Source: a virus. From it: a DNA stretch of 64,000 nt. The stretch spans positions 10,452 through 74,451 of the IMG/VR virus record IMGVR_UViG_3300026256_000121; one strand, 5' to 3'. The position numbers and the translations under genes were made by a program. The notes below the pieces were generated by a model. It was not told the DNA's origin, made no database searches, and saw nothing but the letters and a program-made list of their open reading frames with translations. Shown here piece after piece: positions 1 to 10,129 of this stretch; position 1 is the first letter of the stretch; each line of letters opens with the position of its first letter.

Positions 1-2
1 AG

Positions 3-344
3 GGACATTTCGCACACCCATCAGATGTAGCAGAAGCACAAGAGCAAAAGAAGAAAGATACCTTAATGATTTATTGTCCATCGTGCCAAGGTCGAGTAGA
101 TGTACCAATTGAACACGATGGACAAGACGGAAGACACCATCAAGGGATTAATTTATTGCCTGCAATTGCAGTAAATATGAAATGGAACAAGATGGATGCC
201 GTTTGTAAAAAGTGTTTATTAGTTTTAGATATCGACCCGATTCTACAAGATAGACAAAGGGTCGAATTGAAAGTTAGAATTGATTGTTCAAATATGTCTA
301 GGGGACATATGGATTATTATGATGATGATAAATATAGCTACTAG
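3..344 (+). CDS. Zn-ribbon-like hypothetical protein, 5'-truncated
   Basis: Frame is open from position 3 (GHFAHPSDVAEAQEQKKKDTL...) into track ORF 66..344; CPSC and CKKC pairs. Confidence 0.6.
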   Translation, partial: GHFAHPSDVAEAQEQKKKDTLMIYCPSCQGRVDVPIEHDGQDGRHHQGINLLPAIAVNMKWNKMDAVCKKCLLVLDIDPILQDRQRVELKVRIDCSNMSRGHMDYYDDDKYSY

Positions 345-353
345 GGTAATTAA

Positions 354-1436
354 ATGAAAGATCGAGAAACATTAAGTTTATGTCATACGTGTTATAGACA
401 CATACCAGCTGACCGTGTTACTAAAGATAATGGAGTTTATCTTATTAAAACGTGTCCCGAACATGGTCATATGGAAGAATGTATTGAAAAGGATGTTGAA
501 TTTTACAATAGTTTAATATATAATAGAGTTACTACTGGAAAGAATACTATAGATGAAGATCATGATAGTAATTATGAAAATTGTATTTTATTTGAAGTAA
601 CTGATCGTTGTAATTTAGAATGTCCTCATTGTTATCTACAACCCGATAATAAAATAATAGATAAATCTTTTGACCATATCTTTAAAATGATAACGGAGCA
701 AACACGATCTACTATGGATACTGTATTCCTTTCAGGTGCTGAATGTACAGTACGTAAAGATTTACCTGAATTAATTAAAGCTATTACAGACAGAGGAAAT
801 GATGTTTGTATTATGACTAATGGTGTTAAACTTTCCAAAAGAAATTATGTTAAGTCACTTGTAGACGCTGGCCTTAAAATGGCTGTTCTAAGTTTAAACC
901 ATGAGTCTTATCAAGGTAAAGTAGTACATGGAAAGCAAGTAGCTGGTATAGATATTTGTAATGAAGAAGGTATGTGTGTAGAGAAAATATTTTATACAGT
1001 AGAACATATAGACCAAGTAGACGATGTAATGGAAGAAATACAAGCTATGGGTCTAAAAAATCACCCAAGAACTGAATATAGAATTAGAGCTGGTTCAGAT
1101 ATAGGTAGAACTCCAGATGAACCTAGATTCTTTTTAAGTGATCACGTAAAACTTATAAAAAGTATTGCTGATAAAAAAGGATGGACTTGGGAGAAAATAC
1201 CAGGAGACGATAATTTATATCATTATATGGTTAAGATTAACGGTCTTGTTCATAGAATTATTCAATGGTGTGATGCTAGAACTATTGATATGGAACAATT
1301 AAAATGTGGACCTTATGCTTATTTTGTTCCGGGAAAACCTGTAAGTAACTTTTTACATCAAATCATCTTACGTGATGCACATATTAATAATGGGTTACCA
1401 TTATTAGATACTGTACCTGATCGTTATATAGCTTAA
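354..1436 (+). CDS. Radical SAM protein, Tes/MJ0619 (tetraether lipid synthase)-like family
   Basis: CNLECPHC radical SAM motif; N-terminal TLSLCHTC...KTCPEHG metal site; SGAECTVR and TNG motifs. Confidence 0.8.
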   Translation: MKDRETLSLCHTCYRHIPADRVTKDNGVYLIKTCPEHGHMEECIEKDVEFYNSLIYNRVTTGKNTIDEDHDSNYENCILFEVTDRCNLECPHCYLQPDNKIIDKSFDHIFKMITEQTRSTMDTVFLSGAECTVRKDLPELIKAITDRGNDVCIMTNGVKLSKRNYVKSLVDAGLKMAVLSLNHESYQGKVVHGKQVAGIDICNEEGMCVEKIFYTVEHIDQVDDVMEEIQAMGLKNHPRTEYRIRAGSDIGRTPDEPRFFLSDHVKLIKSIADKKGWTWEKIPGDDNLYHYMVKINGLVHRIIQWCDARTIDMEQLKCGPYAYFVPGKPVSNFLHQIILRDAHINNGLPLLDTVPDRYIA

Positions 1437-2791
1437 TGTAAGTCGACCCAAGCCACGCCAGTGCGTCCTTGGAATTTAGAATCAGTAGTATTGTAGATTA
1501 TCATACCATCTGTTGGTGTTAATGCATCTCTTTCAACTGTAGTTAAGTTACCAATTTTCATATAACCAGTTACTTGTGCATTACCTGTAACGTCTAAGTT
1601 TGTATCAGAGTTTGCAACTAGTGTTCCACCAACACAAAGTCTTCCACCACTGTCAACTGATATACCAGCCCAAGTTCCACCATTGTCTGGTGTTGATATA
1701 ATGAAAATCTTACCTGGTACTGCACCGTTTGAAACTGTTGCACCATCTTCAACAGAAAATTGAACTAGACTTGATACTGTGTCTTCGTTAGTGCCGTCGT
1801 GTCCGTGTACTTTAATTGATGTTAGCTCGTCGCCTGCCTGTAAAGCTGTTTTAGTTGCTAGGTCGCCTCTTGAAACTTTGTAAACTATACCTGTAGATTG
1901 TGTTCCAGTTGATAAACTTTCTACTTGAAGAAATTTACCTGCCGCCGAACCTGCTTTAAAAATAAGTCCTTGAGTTTCTATATCAGTATCTTTACCAATA
2001 GTTAAATATCTACCAATTCCTGCTTGTGATGTAATATCAAGAACGCCTTCACTAAATGTAAGTGTTCCGTTACTAAGTGTTCCGTTAATTCCGTCTACTA
2101 ATACAGTTGAGTCATCACCAAATACAGTACCTTGAACATCGCCTACTATACTTCCTACGAAACTACTAGCTTGTACTACTCCACTAAATGTACCTTGTCC
2201 AGCAACAACGGCTTTTGATGTTGCATTATAAAAATAGCTATCATCAACGGCTTTAACATCACCTTTAAGAATACCTGTAGCATTTAAGGCTCCAGTTGCT
2301 CTATTAAGTAAAACTGTACTATCGTCTCCGACAATATTTGCATTAACACTTGGGGAAATTATATCATCAGTAACATGAACAGTATTAGCCCAAATTTGAT
2401 TAAATTTGTTAGTGCTAGATCCAAGATTTCTTGCACCGTCAACATCAGGAAGAACATGGCTTTCTACTTTAGCTAAAAAACTAACAGTATCGCTAGGTGC
2501 ATCACCTATAATAAGGTTGCCGCCTAATGTTAAATTTCCATCTGCTGTAATATTGCCTGTTGCTGTAATACTACCAGTAATATTAATATTACCAGTACCT
2601 GTTAAGTCGTAATTATTTAGATCAACGTTAGAACCAAAAGCCGTACCAGCAGTATCAACTGGATTACCACCTACAGTAGTTCCATCACCTATATACAGTC
2701 TTTTAGTATCTGTAGTATAGACTAATTCACCGTCAGCAGGCGTAATTAAGCCTCGTTCGCTGTTTGTACCTCTTCTTAGTCTTAAAGCCAT
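1433..2791 (-). CDS. Virion fibre/structural protein with Mtd-N-like N-terminus
   Basis: MALRLRRGT...GELVYTTDTKRLYIGDG start; G/T/N-rich beta repeats; C-terminal GMIIYNTTDSKFQG motif. Confidence 0.7.
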   Translation of the reverse strand: MALRLRRGTNSERGLITPADGELVYTTDTKRLYIGDGTTVGGNPVDTAGTAFGSNVDLNNYDLTGTGNINITGSITATGNITADGNLTLGGNLIIGDAPSDTVSFLAKVESHVLPDVDGARNLGSSTNKFNQIWANTVHVTDDIISPSVNANIVGDDSTVLLNRATGALNATGILKGDVKAVDDSYFYNATSKAVVAGQGTFSGVVQASSFVGSIVGDVQGTVFGDDSTVLVDGINGTLSNGTLTFSEGVLDITSQAGIGRYLTIGKDTDIETQGLIFKAGSAAGKFLQVESLSTGTQSTGIVYKVSRGDLATKTALQAGDELTSIKVHGHDGTNEDTVSSLVQFSVEDGATVSNGAVPGKIFIISTPDNGGTWAGISVDSGGRLCVGGTLVANSDTNLDVTGNAQVTGYMKIGNLTTVERDALTPTDGMIIYNTTDSKFQGRTGVAWVDLH

Positions 2792-2839
2792 TCTTTTTAA
2801 CTCCTGGATATCTTATATGTATTTATCCTGAATACAATT

Positions 2840-3157
2840 TTATTTATTCTTCTTTAAGAACTTACTTGTACGTTTTTGTATGTCTTTTTTAACTTGTTCT
2901 ACATCTACTCTAAAATCAACGTGTTTGATAGTAGCATCGTAGGTTGAAAACAAATCTTTCAGTATCTTTTCAAGATATCCTACAGGATTAGGATTCTGTC
3001 TATCTTTAATAAGTACATCCCATACCTTGCCATTCCCGAATTTAACTCTGACAGAATGCAGATATTCAATCGGGATAGCTTTAATATCAAGGTCTTTAAA
3101 AACCTCTGGCCACTTATTAATAACTTCTTGTGGTAGCCTCTTCTTAGGCCTTACCAC
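2840..3157 (-). CDS. Hypothetical phage protein
   Basis: 105 aa ORF in operon. Confidence 0.6.
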   Translation of the reverse strand: MVRPKKRLPQEVINKWPEVFKDLDIKAIPIEYLHSVRVKFGNGKVWDVLIKDRQNPNPVGYLEKILKDLFSTYDATIKHVDFRVDVEQVKKDIQKRTSKFLKKNK

Positions 3158-3761
3158 GCGAGCCGGCCTTTTTGCTAGGGCTCAACTTATCTGCTTGTTT
3201 ACGTAGCTCAGTTGCTTCTTTAAACAGAGAGTCAGCGTCTTTACGCATCTTATTAGCTAAATCTTCATCAGATAATGCTTGTTCTTTAGTAGATGTAGCA
3301 TCGTCATTAGTAGCCATTTTAGGTGCTGGTGCTGTGCTTTGATCTGTAACAGATCCTACTTCTTCTACTGATGATCCACCTACTGCTAAGTCTTTAACTT
3401 GTACACCTTTTTGCTGAGCAATCGTTTCGTTTAACTCATTTAGTGATAGTGTAGTAGTTGTATTAGGTGTCATCTCAATGTTAGAAGTACTAACTTTAGT
3501 TAAGAATCCGCCTGTATGAAAACGTGCTAACATAATGCTACCATCACCTAGTGGTGTACGTTGCATAGCATCTGCTAATTCTTCAGCATTCTGTCCGGCA
3601 TTGCTTTCAATTAATTTAATTAAGAGATCATGATCTTCGTCTCTTAAAGTCTCTGTTGGACAAACCAAACATGACTCTGGCTCGTCAGGTAAAGTACGGA
3701 ATACTACCGCAACCTTACGTTTTGTATCTTTTATGCGACCAATATGTTTTAAGTCAGCCAT
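3144..3761 (-). CDS. Hypothetical phage protein, C-terminal coiled coil
   Basis: 205 aa ORF in operon. Confidence 0.65.
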   Translation of the reverse strand: MADLKHIGRIKDTKRKVAVVFRTLPDEPESCLVCPTETLRDEDHDLLIKLIESNAGQNAEELADAMQRTPLGDGSIMLARFHTGGFLTKVSTSNIEMTPNTTTTLSLNELNETIAQQKGVQVKDLAVGGSSVEEVGSVTDQSTAPAPKMATNDDATSTKEQALSDEDLANKMRKDADSLFKEATELRKQADKLSPSKKAGSRGKA

Positions 3762-3764
3762 AAT

Positions 3765-4109
3765 TTATTCTCCTGGTGTAGCTGGAACAGGATTTACAGG
3801 TGCATCACCTTGTGCCGCTACTTGTTGATTTTGAATACTAGTTAGAAATGTATCTAGTTTAGTATACGTTTTTCCAATTGCTTCCATTTCGTTCGGCTTA
3901 AATGCTCCACGAGTCTGAGCAACTTCAATGATAGTCTTCAACACACCTAGATCTTGAACAGTAAGTTCAGGATTACCTGTTGGAGCCCCGTCGGGTCCTG
4001 GTGCCGCTGAAGTGTTTGGAACGCTGGCAGGTCCTGGTGCTGATGGTGCCTTTTGAGGTGGCGTTGCATCAGTACCTTCTGGTGCCATTGCTTGTTTTCC
4101 GTCTGACAT
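3765..4109 (-). CDS. Hypothetical phage protein, Pro/Ala-rich N-terminus
   Basis: 114 aa ORF; AGGAGA Shine-Dalgarno (SD) upstream. Confidence 0.65.
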   Translation of the reverse strand: MSDGKQAMAPEGTDATPPQKAPSAPGPASVPNTSAAPGPDGAPTGNPELTVQDLGVLKTIIEVAQTRGAFKPNEMEAIGKTYTKLDTFLTSIQNQQVAAQGDAPVNPVPATPGE

Positions 4110-4158
4110 ATATGTTCTCCTTTTTAGTATCTATATAGTTATATACGTACATTATTTA

Positions 4159-4440
4159 TTAGTATTTTAAAAGTGGACACGCCAACATGAAATAAGAAAG
4201 CTCTTTTGGATCTTCAAATCCCAAGTGGACCATTGATGTAATAGTATTCTCTTTGTCCAAATCTATCTTTTTACCAATAAAAAATCTACTTTTTAAGTTC
4301 TTTAGAATCCACTTTCGAATAGCGTCTTCCAAATTGTAGTTTTGCTTTAAAGTTATGTACTCAAAATGTGGTGGGGCCACTGATAATTCTCTAATACCGA
4401 AGTAGTTTAAGGCGTTAGGTATACCTGTTTTTGTTAACAT
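4159..4440 (-). CDS. Hypothetical phage protein
   Basis: 93 aa ORF; GAGGAG SD. Confidence 0.6.
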   Translation of the reverse strand: MLTKTGIPNALNYFGIRELSVAPPHFEYITLKQNYNLEDAIRKWILKNLKSRFFIGKKIDLDKENTITSMVHLGFEDPKELSYFMLACPLLKY

Positions 4441-4460
4441 AATCTCCTCAGTTACGCCGT

Positions 4461-5744
4461 TTATTCTTCGTAATGTGCTGTTACACCAAACGGTGCTTTT
4501 AAATTTTTATCGTGATGCCCGTGAATAATAAAAACTGTTTCACAGTAATTTTCATCACCCCATTTTTCCCAGGGATAACCATCAGTAAACATTATAAAAC
4601 GTTTTGGATTAATCCCTTCTTCCTCCATATATTTCCAGTTTGCCATGAAGTCTGTTCCACCGCCACCTATGATCTGATAGTCTTCTAGTTCTTGACCATT
4701 GTCAGCAGTAAAATCTTGTTCGTTATATACCTTAGTATCAAAGCACCATAACTTAATTTTGTAATCTTGATATTCTTGCATAATCCCTTGTACTTCGCTT
4801 AAGAATATTTCAGCTTGTTTATTACCAATTGATCCACTCATATCAATTCCAATACAAATATCAATAGTTGTATCAAAGTTCATACCTGGAAGAATTGCTC
4901 CAGTATGCCATCCTTTACGTGACGGACGTTGGAAAGAGTAATCATTTCTGATAGTACTTTGGATTTGCTGGCGTAGTAGCTCTCTCCAATTCATTTTAGG
5001 TTCAGTAAGTTCCTTAATAAATCTTTCAACTTCTTTTGGAATGTTACCTGCACCAGCCGCCTGTGCCGCCCCTAGCATACTTTCTTTTACTTCGTCACGT
5101 ATCTTACGAAGCTCATCTTTAGAATAGCTTGGAGCACTACCTTTTTTACCTTGTTTTTTGTCTTTTTTACTATTGCCGTCTTGACTATCTTTATCCCAAT
5201 CAATATGCTCGTCAAGTAATTTACCTAATTTTTCAAGGTCTTCTTCATCATATTTTTTGAAAAGCTCATCATAAACTGCTTCACTAGTCCAACCTTCATA
5301 TTTAAAATCTTGGAAAATTGGAATCTCTTTAGGTTTGCTACCAATAGCATCTCTAACTAGAGTATTGTTAACAATATAATCTGATGCAATATTATGGATT
5401 TGAGGATCTCTATCTTCACGTCTTGTCATATGATCAAAAACACAATGAAGAATTTCATGAGCAATAACAAACTCAATTTCTTTGTTTGTCATTTTAGCGA
5501 AAAACTGTGAGTTATAAAATAAATGTCTACCGTCAGTTGCGGCAGTAGGACACCAATCATCACATTCTTTAATAATAAGTCTTGTAGCCATATTACCAAA
5601 AAATGGATGTCTTAAAAGTAGTCCAATTCGTGCAACAATAATTTTGTCCAAAACTTCAGCTCGAAGATCTTTTAATTCTTCTGGTGAAAGTTTAACTTCT
5701 TCTGTTTTTGGTTTTTCTAAAATTTCTGTAGTCATTTGTGCCAT
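4461..5744 (-). CDS. DUF2201-type metallopeptidase fused to a VWA domain
   Basis: TAATDG, AHEILH (HExxH), DMSGS MIDAS, GGGGTDF and FTDGY motifs. Confidence 0.85.
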   Translation of the reverse strand: MAQMTTEILEKPKTEEVKLSPEELKDLRAEVLDKIIVARIGLLLRHPFFGNMATRLIIKECDDWCPTAATDGRHLFYNSQFFAKMTNKEIEFVIAHEILHCVFDHMTRREDRDPQIHNIASDYIVNNTLVRDAIGSKPKEIPIFQDFKYEGWTSEAVYDELFKKYDEEDLEKLGKLLDEHIDWDKDSQDGNSKKDKKQGKKGSAPSYSKDELRKIRDEVKESMLGAAQAAGAGNIPKEVERFIKELTEPKMNWRELLRQQIQSTIRNDYSFQRPSRKGWHTGAILPGMNFDTTIDICIGIDMSGSIGNKQAEIFLSEVQGIMQEYQDYKIKLWCFDTKVYNEQDFTADNGQELEDYQIIGGGGTDFMANWKYMEEEGINPKRFIMFTDGYPWEKWGDENYCETVFIIHGHHDKNLKAPFGVTAHYEE

Positions 5745-5768
5745 TCCTCAATTTCTTATTATATGTAT

Positions 5769-5797
5769 ATTATACTATATTTAATGTTCATTGTCAA
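5769..5797 (-). promoter_or_regulatory. sigma70-type promoter
   Basis: TTGACA-17-TATAAT, perfect consensus. Confidence 0.8.
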
Positions 5798-5805
5798 CCG
5801 AAATC

Positions 5806-5830
5806 TGGAAGGGGATTAAATCCCCCTCCA
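5806..5830 (-). terminator. GC-rich hairpin downstream of the MoxR gene, probable terminator or processing site
   Basis: GGAGGGGGA-TTTAA-TCCCCTTCC inverted repeat; weak U tract. Confidence 0.5.
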
Positions 5831-5841
5831 AATAGCGCCTA

Positions 5842-6936
5842 TTAGGCCGACGCCTCGCCTTGTGCGGCTTTAATATATTTGCCAAAACGTTCATGGAACT
5901 CATCAAAGCAATCAACTTCATCTGGATCGATTGGAAGTTGATATTGTGTAAGAGCCAATTTAATACCCATAACTACTAATTCAGTATCAAAATTGTCCAT
6001 TGCGAACCTTAAGAAGTTATTAACTTTATCATCAAACTTCTTATCGTTCTTATCACTTGCTTCTTTAAGCTCGTAGCACAAAGAGACTGTTAAGGAATAC
6101 ATGGCACTGATTTCTTTAGTCTCTAACTTCTTAACCTTAGCAGTAAGTATATCGCTAGGATTAGGAAGGTCTGCGGCCACTCGTCTATGAGCCATAAACT
6201 TAACGGCAAGTCCTTCGCCGACTGCACCACTAACTAAATCTGTAGTGGTATTTTCATCGTCATCATCTTCCAAAAGTTCGGAAACAAACGACCATGAACG
6301 GGGTGTAGCAAATGAACGACTCGGTGATTTTGGATCAAAATCGTATAAGTCCTTCTTGCTAAATGTCAAATAACCAACAACATCTTGATGCTGATTGTTC
6401 TTAACAGCCCACTCAAACCAATCATCAAAATCCACTTTAATTTCTAAGTGAACAAAACGGTTGGCTAACGGAGCAGGCATTCTATAAGTAACACCTTTAT
6501 CAGCTTCTCTGTTACCTGCGGCAACAATCAAAACGTTATCTGGAAGTGTATAAGTACCAACCTTACGATTAAGAATTAATTGGTAAGCCGCGGCTTGTAC
6601 TGCCGGTGGTGCTGAATTCATTTCATCCAAAAACACAATAATCTGTTTATGCTTTTTCGCCATTTTCTCATCTGGCAATTCGCTTGGTGGTGCCCAAACC
6701 ATTGTACCTTGTTTAGAATCAAAATATGGAATACCTTTAATATCTGTAGGTTCCCATAAACTTAGACGTATGTCAATAACATGGGCTTCTATGCTATCAC
6801 CAATTTGCCTAACTATGTCTGATTTTCCAATGCCTGGGGGACCCCAAATAAAGATTGGACGTTTCTTTTTAAATGCTCGAATAATACTTGCTTTTGCACT
6901 ATTCGGACTTACTTGTCTTACTGCTAGATTTTCCAT
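5842..6936 (-). CDS. MoxR-like AAA+ ATPase
   Basis: GPPGIGKS Walker A, FLDEMN Walker B, AAGN sensor, LANRF arginine finger; adjacent to VWA gene. Confidence 0.9.
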   Translation of the reverse strand: MENLAVRQVSPNSAKASIIRAFKKKRPIFIWGPPGIGKSDIVRQIGDSIEAHVIDIRLSLWEPTDIKGIPYFDSKQGTMVWAPPSELPDEKMAKKHKQIIVFLDEMNSAPPAVQAAAYQLILNRKVGTYTLPDNVLIVAAGNREADKGVTYRMPAPLANRFVHLEIKVDFDDWFEWAVKNNQHQDVVGYLTFSKKDLYDFDPKSPSRSFATPRSWSFVSELLEDDDDENTTTDLVSGAVGEGLAVKFMAHRRVAADLPNPSDILTAKVKKLETKEISAMYSLTVSLCYELKEASDKNDKKFDDKVNNFLRFAMDNFDTELVVMGIKLALTQYQLPIDPDEVDCFDEFHERFGKYIKAAQGEASA

Positions 6937-6987
6937 TTTGTACTCCTTGTTTGCCTTTTAATGTTCAGTGCCTTATTGTTATATACT

Positions 6988-7016
6988 ATTATACGTTCAT
7001 AATCGTCAAAGGTCAA
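6988..7016 (-). promoter_or_regulatory. sigma70-type promoter
   Basis: TTGACC-17-TATAAT. Confidence 0.7.
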
Positions 7017-7067
7017 CCAGAATCTGCAAAAAAGATGAAAAAAAGTGCGAAAAAAAGTGTAGTAATA

Positions 7068-7463
7068 TCAAGGACTTAGTGAGCTATTTGCCCGATTTAG
7101 AGCTTTAGTAAGTCCGTATTTCCTTAAATCTCCGGAGAAAAGATGCAGTTCGAGTGCCTTCTTTTCGTTCAGTACTATAATACCTTGGTTAGTAAGGTAG
7201 TAAGGACAGTCAATAAACTTGTCTAAGAAGATTACAACTTGAGTCGTAACTTTAAAATCCTTAGGAAACGGAACATTATAATTAGATAACTCTAAAGTTT
7301 CGGATAAAAAATTAAATCCGTCTTCTGTTAATCGTAATCCACCTGATATTTTGGATCGAGTATTCTGCCACCATAATGGCATATACTCTTTTAATGTATT
7401 TTCATTAATTGATATGTTGGCTTGTTTTAAGAACACCTTAGTGTAGGTTTCTTTTAAGTTCAT
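7068..7463 (-). CDS. Hypothetical phage protein
   Basis: 131 aa ORF, ATGA-coupled to upstream gene. Confidence 0.65.
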   Translation of the reverse strand: MNLKETYTKVFLKQANISINENTLKEYMPLWWQNTRSKISGGLRLTEDGFNFLSETLELSNYNVPFPKDFKVTTQVVIFLDKFIDCPYYLTNQGIIVLNEKKALELHLFSGDLRKYGLTKALNRANSSLSP

Positions 7464-7750
7464 TTTTCTGTTACTACTTCACCAGTTATTAATTTTACAA
7501 CTGTAAAGTCTTTAGTATTAAAAAGATCGTTTAGTTTTTTAGCAAGATTATGTGCATGGCCTGGGTTACTAAAACTAACCTTTTTATATTTTGGCCCAGG
7601 ATAGTTTGTTAGCACATTTGATGATTTTAAATTAAATGGTTTGTTAGTATAAAATACAGCCCAGATGGCTTCTGCATTTAATACTTGTTCTGAGCGGTAT
7701 GTTTTTTTATTAACATGCTCTAAAATTATTTCGGGTTTAGGTCTACTCAT
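7460..7750 (-). CDS. Hypothetical phage protein
   Basis: 96 aa ORF; TAAATA at 7777-7782 and SD upstream. Confidence 0.65.
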   Translation of the reverse strand: MSRPKPEIILEHVNKKTYRSEQVLNAEAIWAVFYTNKPFNLKSSNVLTNYPGPKYKKVSFSNPGHAHNLAKKLNDLFNTKDFTVVKLITGEVVTEK

Positions 7751-7826
7751 ATCTTTATCCTGTTATATACTACTATTATTTATCTAAAAATAACAGTTAT
7801 ATACGCAGTTTATTTATGAGTATATT

Positions 7827-7852
7827 AGCTTATTTCCAGCTTATTTCCAGCT
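7827..7852. repeat. 11-bp tandem duplication AGCTTATTTCC covering a stop codon
   Basis: agcttatttcc agcttatttcc agct read directly. Confidence 0.8.
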
Positions 7853-8083
7853 ATTACCACCATCCATTGTAATATTTACAACTTCTTCGGTTTTATTAGA
7901 TTGATCTACTAGCTTTTCTAAGTCTCCGTGTAATCTAGACATTACACTTGCTAATGTGAAAGCGAGGTTCTTAGCTTCTTTTAATTCTATCTTTACTTCA
8001 ATTGCTTTAGAATTATCAGCAATTTTTACCTTATCAATAAATTGTTGTAAAGGAATAGTGTTTAATGGTTTAACGGTTTGCAC
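7841..8083 (-). CDS. Hypothetical phage protein
   Basis: 80 aa ORF in operon. Confidence 0.6.
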   Translation of the reverse strand: MQTVKPLNTIPLQQFIDKVKIADNSKAIEVKIELKEAKNLAFTLASVMSRLHGDLEKLVDQSNKTEEVVNITMDGGNSWK

Positions 8084-8582
8084 GGCTTAACTCCTGACGC
8101 ATTTCTAATCCAGTTTTAAAAGGTCCGCGATATTCGTATTTTTCTAAAGTAACTTGTTTTGGACATAAACTTTTAACCCAACCTTTTTCAAAATGAATTA
8201 TAAAGTATCCTGCACAATACAAGCTCTTAGATTTTTTACTTTTTGTAAATAGTGCAAATTTTCTTTTTAGATCGTACATTGCATTATAAGGAACAGTACT
8301 AGTAACTAGTCCATAAATTTCTTTTGAAACTGTTTTATTAGCATCACTTATAGTAGCATTACTCCAAAGAATTTCTCCACCAATACCTTTTTTAAGATCT
8401 TTTAAACAACTGTAATATTCAGTTCTTGTCCTGCAACCTACTCCTTCACATGGTCGCTGACAATAATACATATAATGGTTATTCTCGTCTTTGGATAATG
8501 TACCAATCTTGTTTCCTTGATTTGCATCTTCAATTATCCAAAACTTATTTTTTAATATTTCTTTTGCTTTTATGTTAGTCAT
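8070..8582 (-). CDS. Hypothetical phage protein
   Basis: 170 aa ORF, ATGA-coupled to the nuclease gene. Confidence 0.65.
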   Translation of the reverse strand: MTNIKAKEILKNKFWIIEDANQGNKIGTLSKDENNHYMYYCQRPCEGVGCRTRTEYYSCLKDLKKGIGGEILWSNATISDANKTVSKEIYGLVTSTVPYNAMYDLKRKFALFTKSKKSKSLYCAGYFIIHFEKGWVKSLCPKQVTLEKYEYRGPFKTGLEMRQELSRANR

Positions 8583-9562
8583 ACAGGATACCTTGCTTGT
8601 AATGGCTCAGCATAAGCCTGAGCATTATCAGTTATTCTTTGCATATCGTATATTGCACAGAATTTCATTAGCCGCAATCCCACTTGCGGTATATTTTTGG
8701 GTTGTGCATTTTCTATAATCGTATTAAAGATCTTGTCTTTAATATTTTGTGGTTGTGCAGATAAGTCACATAGTTCTACATTACGATTATAATCGTCTAA
8801 TACTCGATGTTCTACACCTTCGTGATCGGCCCATCTTTGTAGCATTAAGTTATTCCAGTTGTAGCCTTTTGTGTCTTTATCGTTAAATGCTTCTGTTAAG
8901 CCTACTTTGTTACGTGTACCTTTAACTCTTACCCCGGGATAAGCACTAAACACATTATCACTTGTATCACCTCTCATGCATTTTTCAAACAATAACCATT
9001 CTGGGTTAGGTGCAAGTTTTTCTTGTTTAGTCTTTTTATCTATAATCTTTTTACCTTTATCATCAAAGTATCCTTCATGTGTAATAGTTGTATTAGAAAC
9101 TCCGTTATACTGAATTACCTTAGGTGATATTAGTTGTGCAAAATCACCATCAGTTGATATAATTACATGATTATCATCTGGATGATGTTGTACCCAACCT
9201 GCAATTAGATCATCTGCTTCTAATTCGTCATGTTGCAAGACTGTACAATTAGTTTTTTCTATAATAAAGTCTTTAAAACTATCAAATGTTTCCCAGAAAA
9301 CTTTTTCTTCTTCTTGTTGTGCTTCTGTTAAAGCATCACGAGCCGCTTGTCTATTTCGTTTATAAGGAGCGTAGACGTCCTTGCGCCAACTACGGCCTTC
9401 TAAGCAAAATACAATATGATCCGCATCAAAGTTGTTCCATGCTTTTTTTAGACTATTAAAGGTTATATGAAAAGCCATTCCTACTTTCATATCAAGATCG
9501 CCACGTACTACATGACGAGCTCTAAAGAATGTATTTGCTGTATCAACTAGAACATATTTCAT
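8579..9562 (-). CDS. rnh: 5'-3' exonuclease / T4 RNase H-like flap nuclease
   Basis: LVDTAN, YKRNR, EADDLI, STDGDF, GDTSDNV motifs. Confidence 0.9.
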   Translation of the reverse strand: MKYVLVDTANTFFRARHVVRGDLDMKVGMAFHITFNSLKKAWNNFDADHIVFCLEGRSWRKDVYAPYKRNRQAARDALTEAQQEEEKVFWETFDSFKDFIIEKTNCTVLQHDELEADDLIAGWVQHHPDDNHVIISTDGDFAQLISPKVIQYNGVSNTTITHEGYFDDKGKKIIDKKTKQEKLAPNPEWLLFEKCMRGDTSDNVFSAYPGVRVKGTRNKVGLTEAFNDKDTKGYNWNNLMLQRWADHEGVEHRVLDDYNRNVELCDLSAQPQNIKDKIFNTIIENAQPKNIPQVGLRLMKFCAIYDMQRITDNAQAYAEPLQARYPV

Positions 9563-9595
9563 TGTGTATATTTCACCTTATCTTTATTTTTTAAT

Positions 9596-9624
9596 AGTAT
9601 AACGCATTTATTATTGTTTGTCAA
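9596..9624 (-). promoter_or_regulatory. sigma70-type promoter
   Basis: TTGACA-17-TATACT. Confidence 0.75.
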
Positions 9625-9625
9625 C

Positions 9626-10120
9626 CTAAATAATTTGAGCAAACTTTTCCGTTTCATAGTCAGCACTACTCCAACTATCTTCGTCAGCACCTGGCCCTAT
9701 CATAGTTAACTCACGTTTAACAAACATCTCATATGGATGCCAAGTTCTATGACTACTTCTATTGTGGATTTTTATAGCTTCCATGCCTACTTCTTTTTCA
9801 CTTAATAAACATACACCATAATGAAATCCTGTATATATTAGTTTTGTAATATCGTTCTTAATACAATAACGGTTTAATTTCGATAGTGTTTTCATATGAG
9901 GATAATTTGAAAATGTAGATATAGTATCATCATCGTCATTTATAACAATAAACTTATGATGACAAGGTCTTAAGTAGTAGTTTATACGTTGACTCATACG
10001 TACCATTTCTGCACCTAACCAAGGAAACATTTGATCAGCTTCCCAGCCCATACGTTGTACAGGGTGCATAACTAACCATAAGCCATTTTCTTGTAGATCT
10101 TCTAGTTTCTTAGACTTCAT
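9626..10120 (-). CDS. Hypothetical protein, possible isochorismatase-like fold
   Basis: LIYTGFHYGVCL loosely resembles the cysteine-hydrolase motif. Confidence 0.4.
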   Translation of the reverse strand: MKSKKLEDLQENGLWLVMHPVQRMGWEADQMFPWLGAEMVRMSQRINYYLRPCHHKFIVINDDDDTISTFSNYPHMKTLSKLNRYCIKNDITKLIYTGFHYGVCLLSEKEVGMEAIKIHNRSSHRTWHPYEMFVKRELTMIGPGADEDSWSSADYETEKFAQII

Positions 10121-10129
10121 TTATATTTA

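Noticed and set aside
7827-7852. 11-bp duplication as a mobile-element target-site duplication
   Set aside because: The copies are adjacent with nothing between them; simple slippage is more likely.
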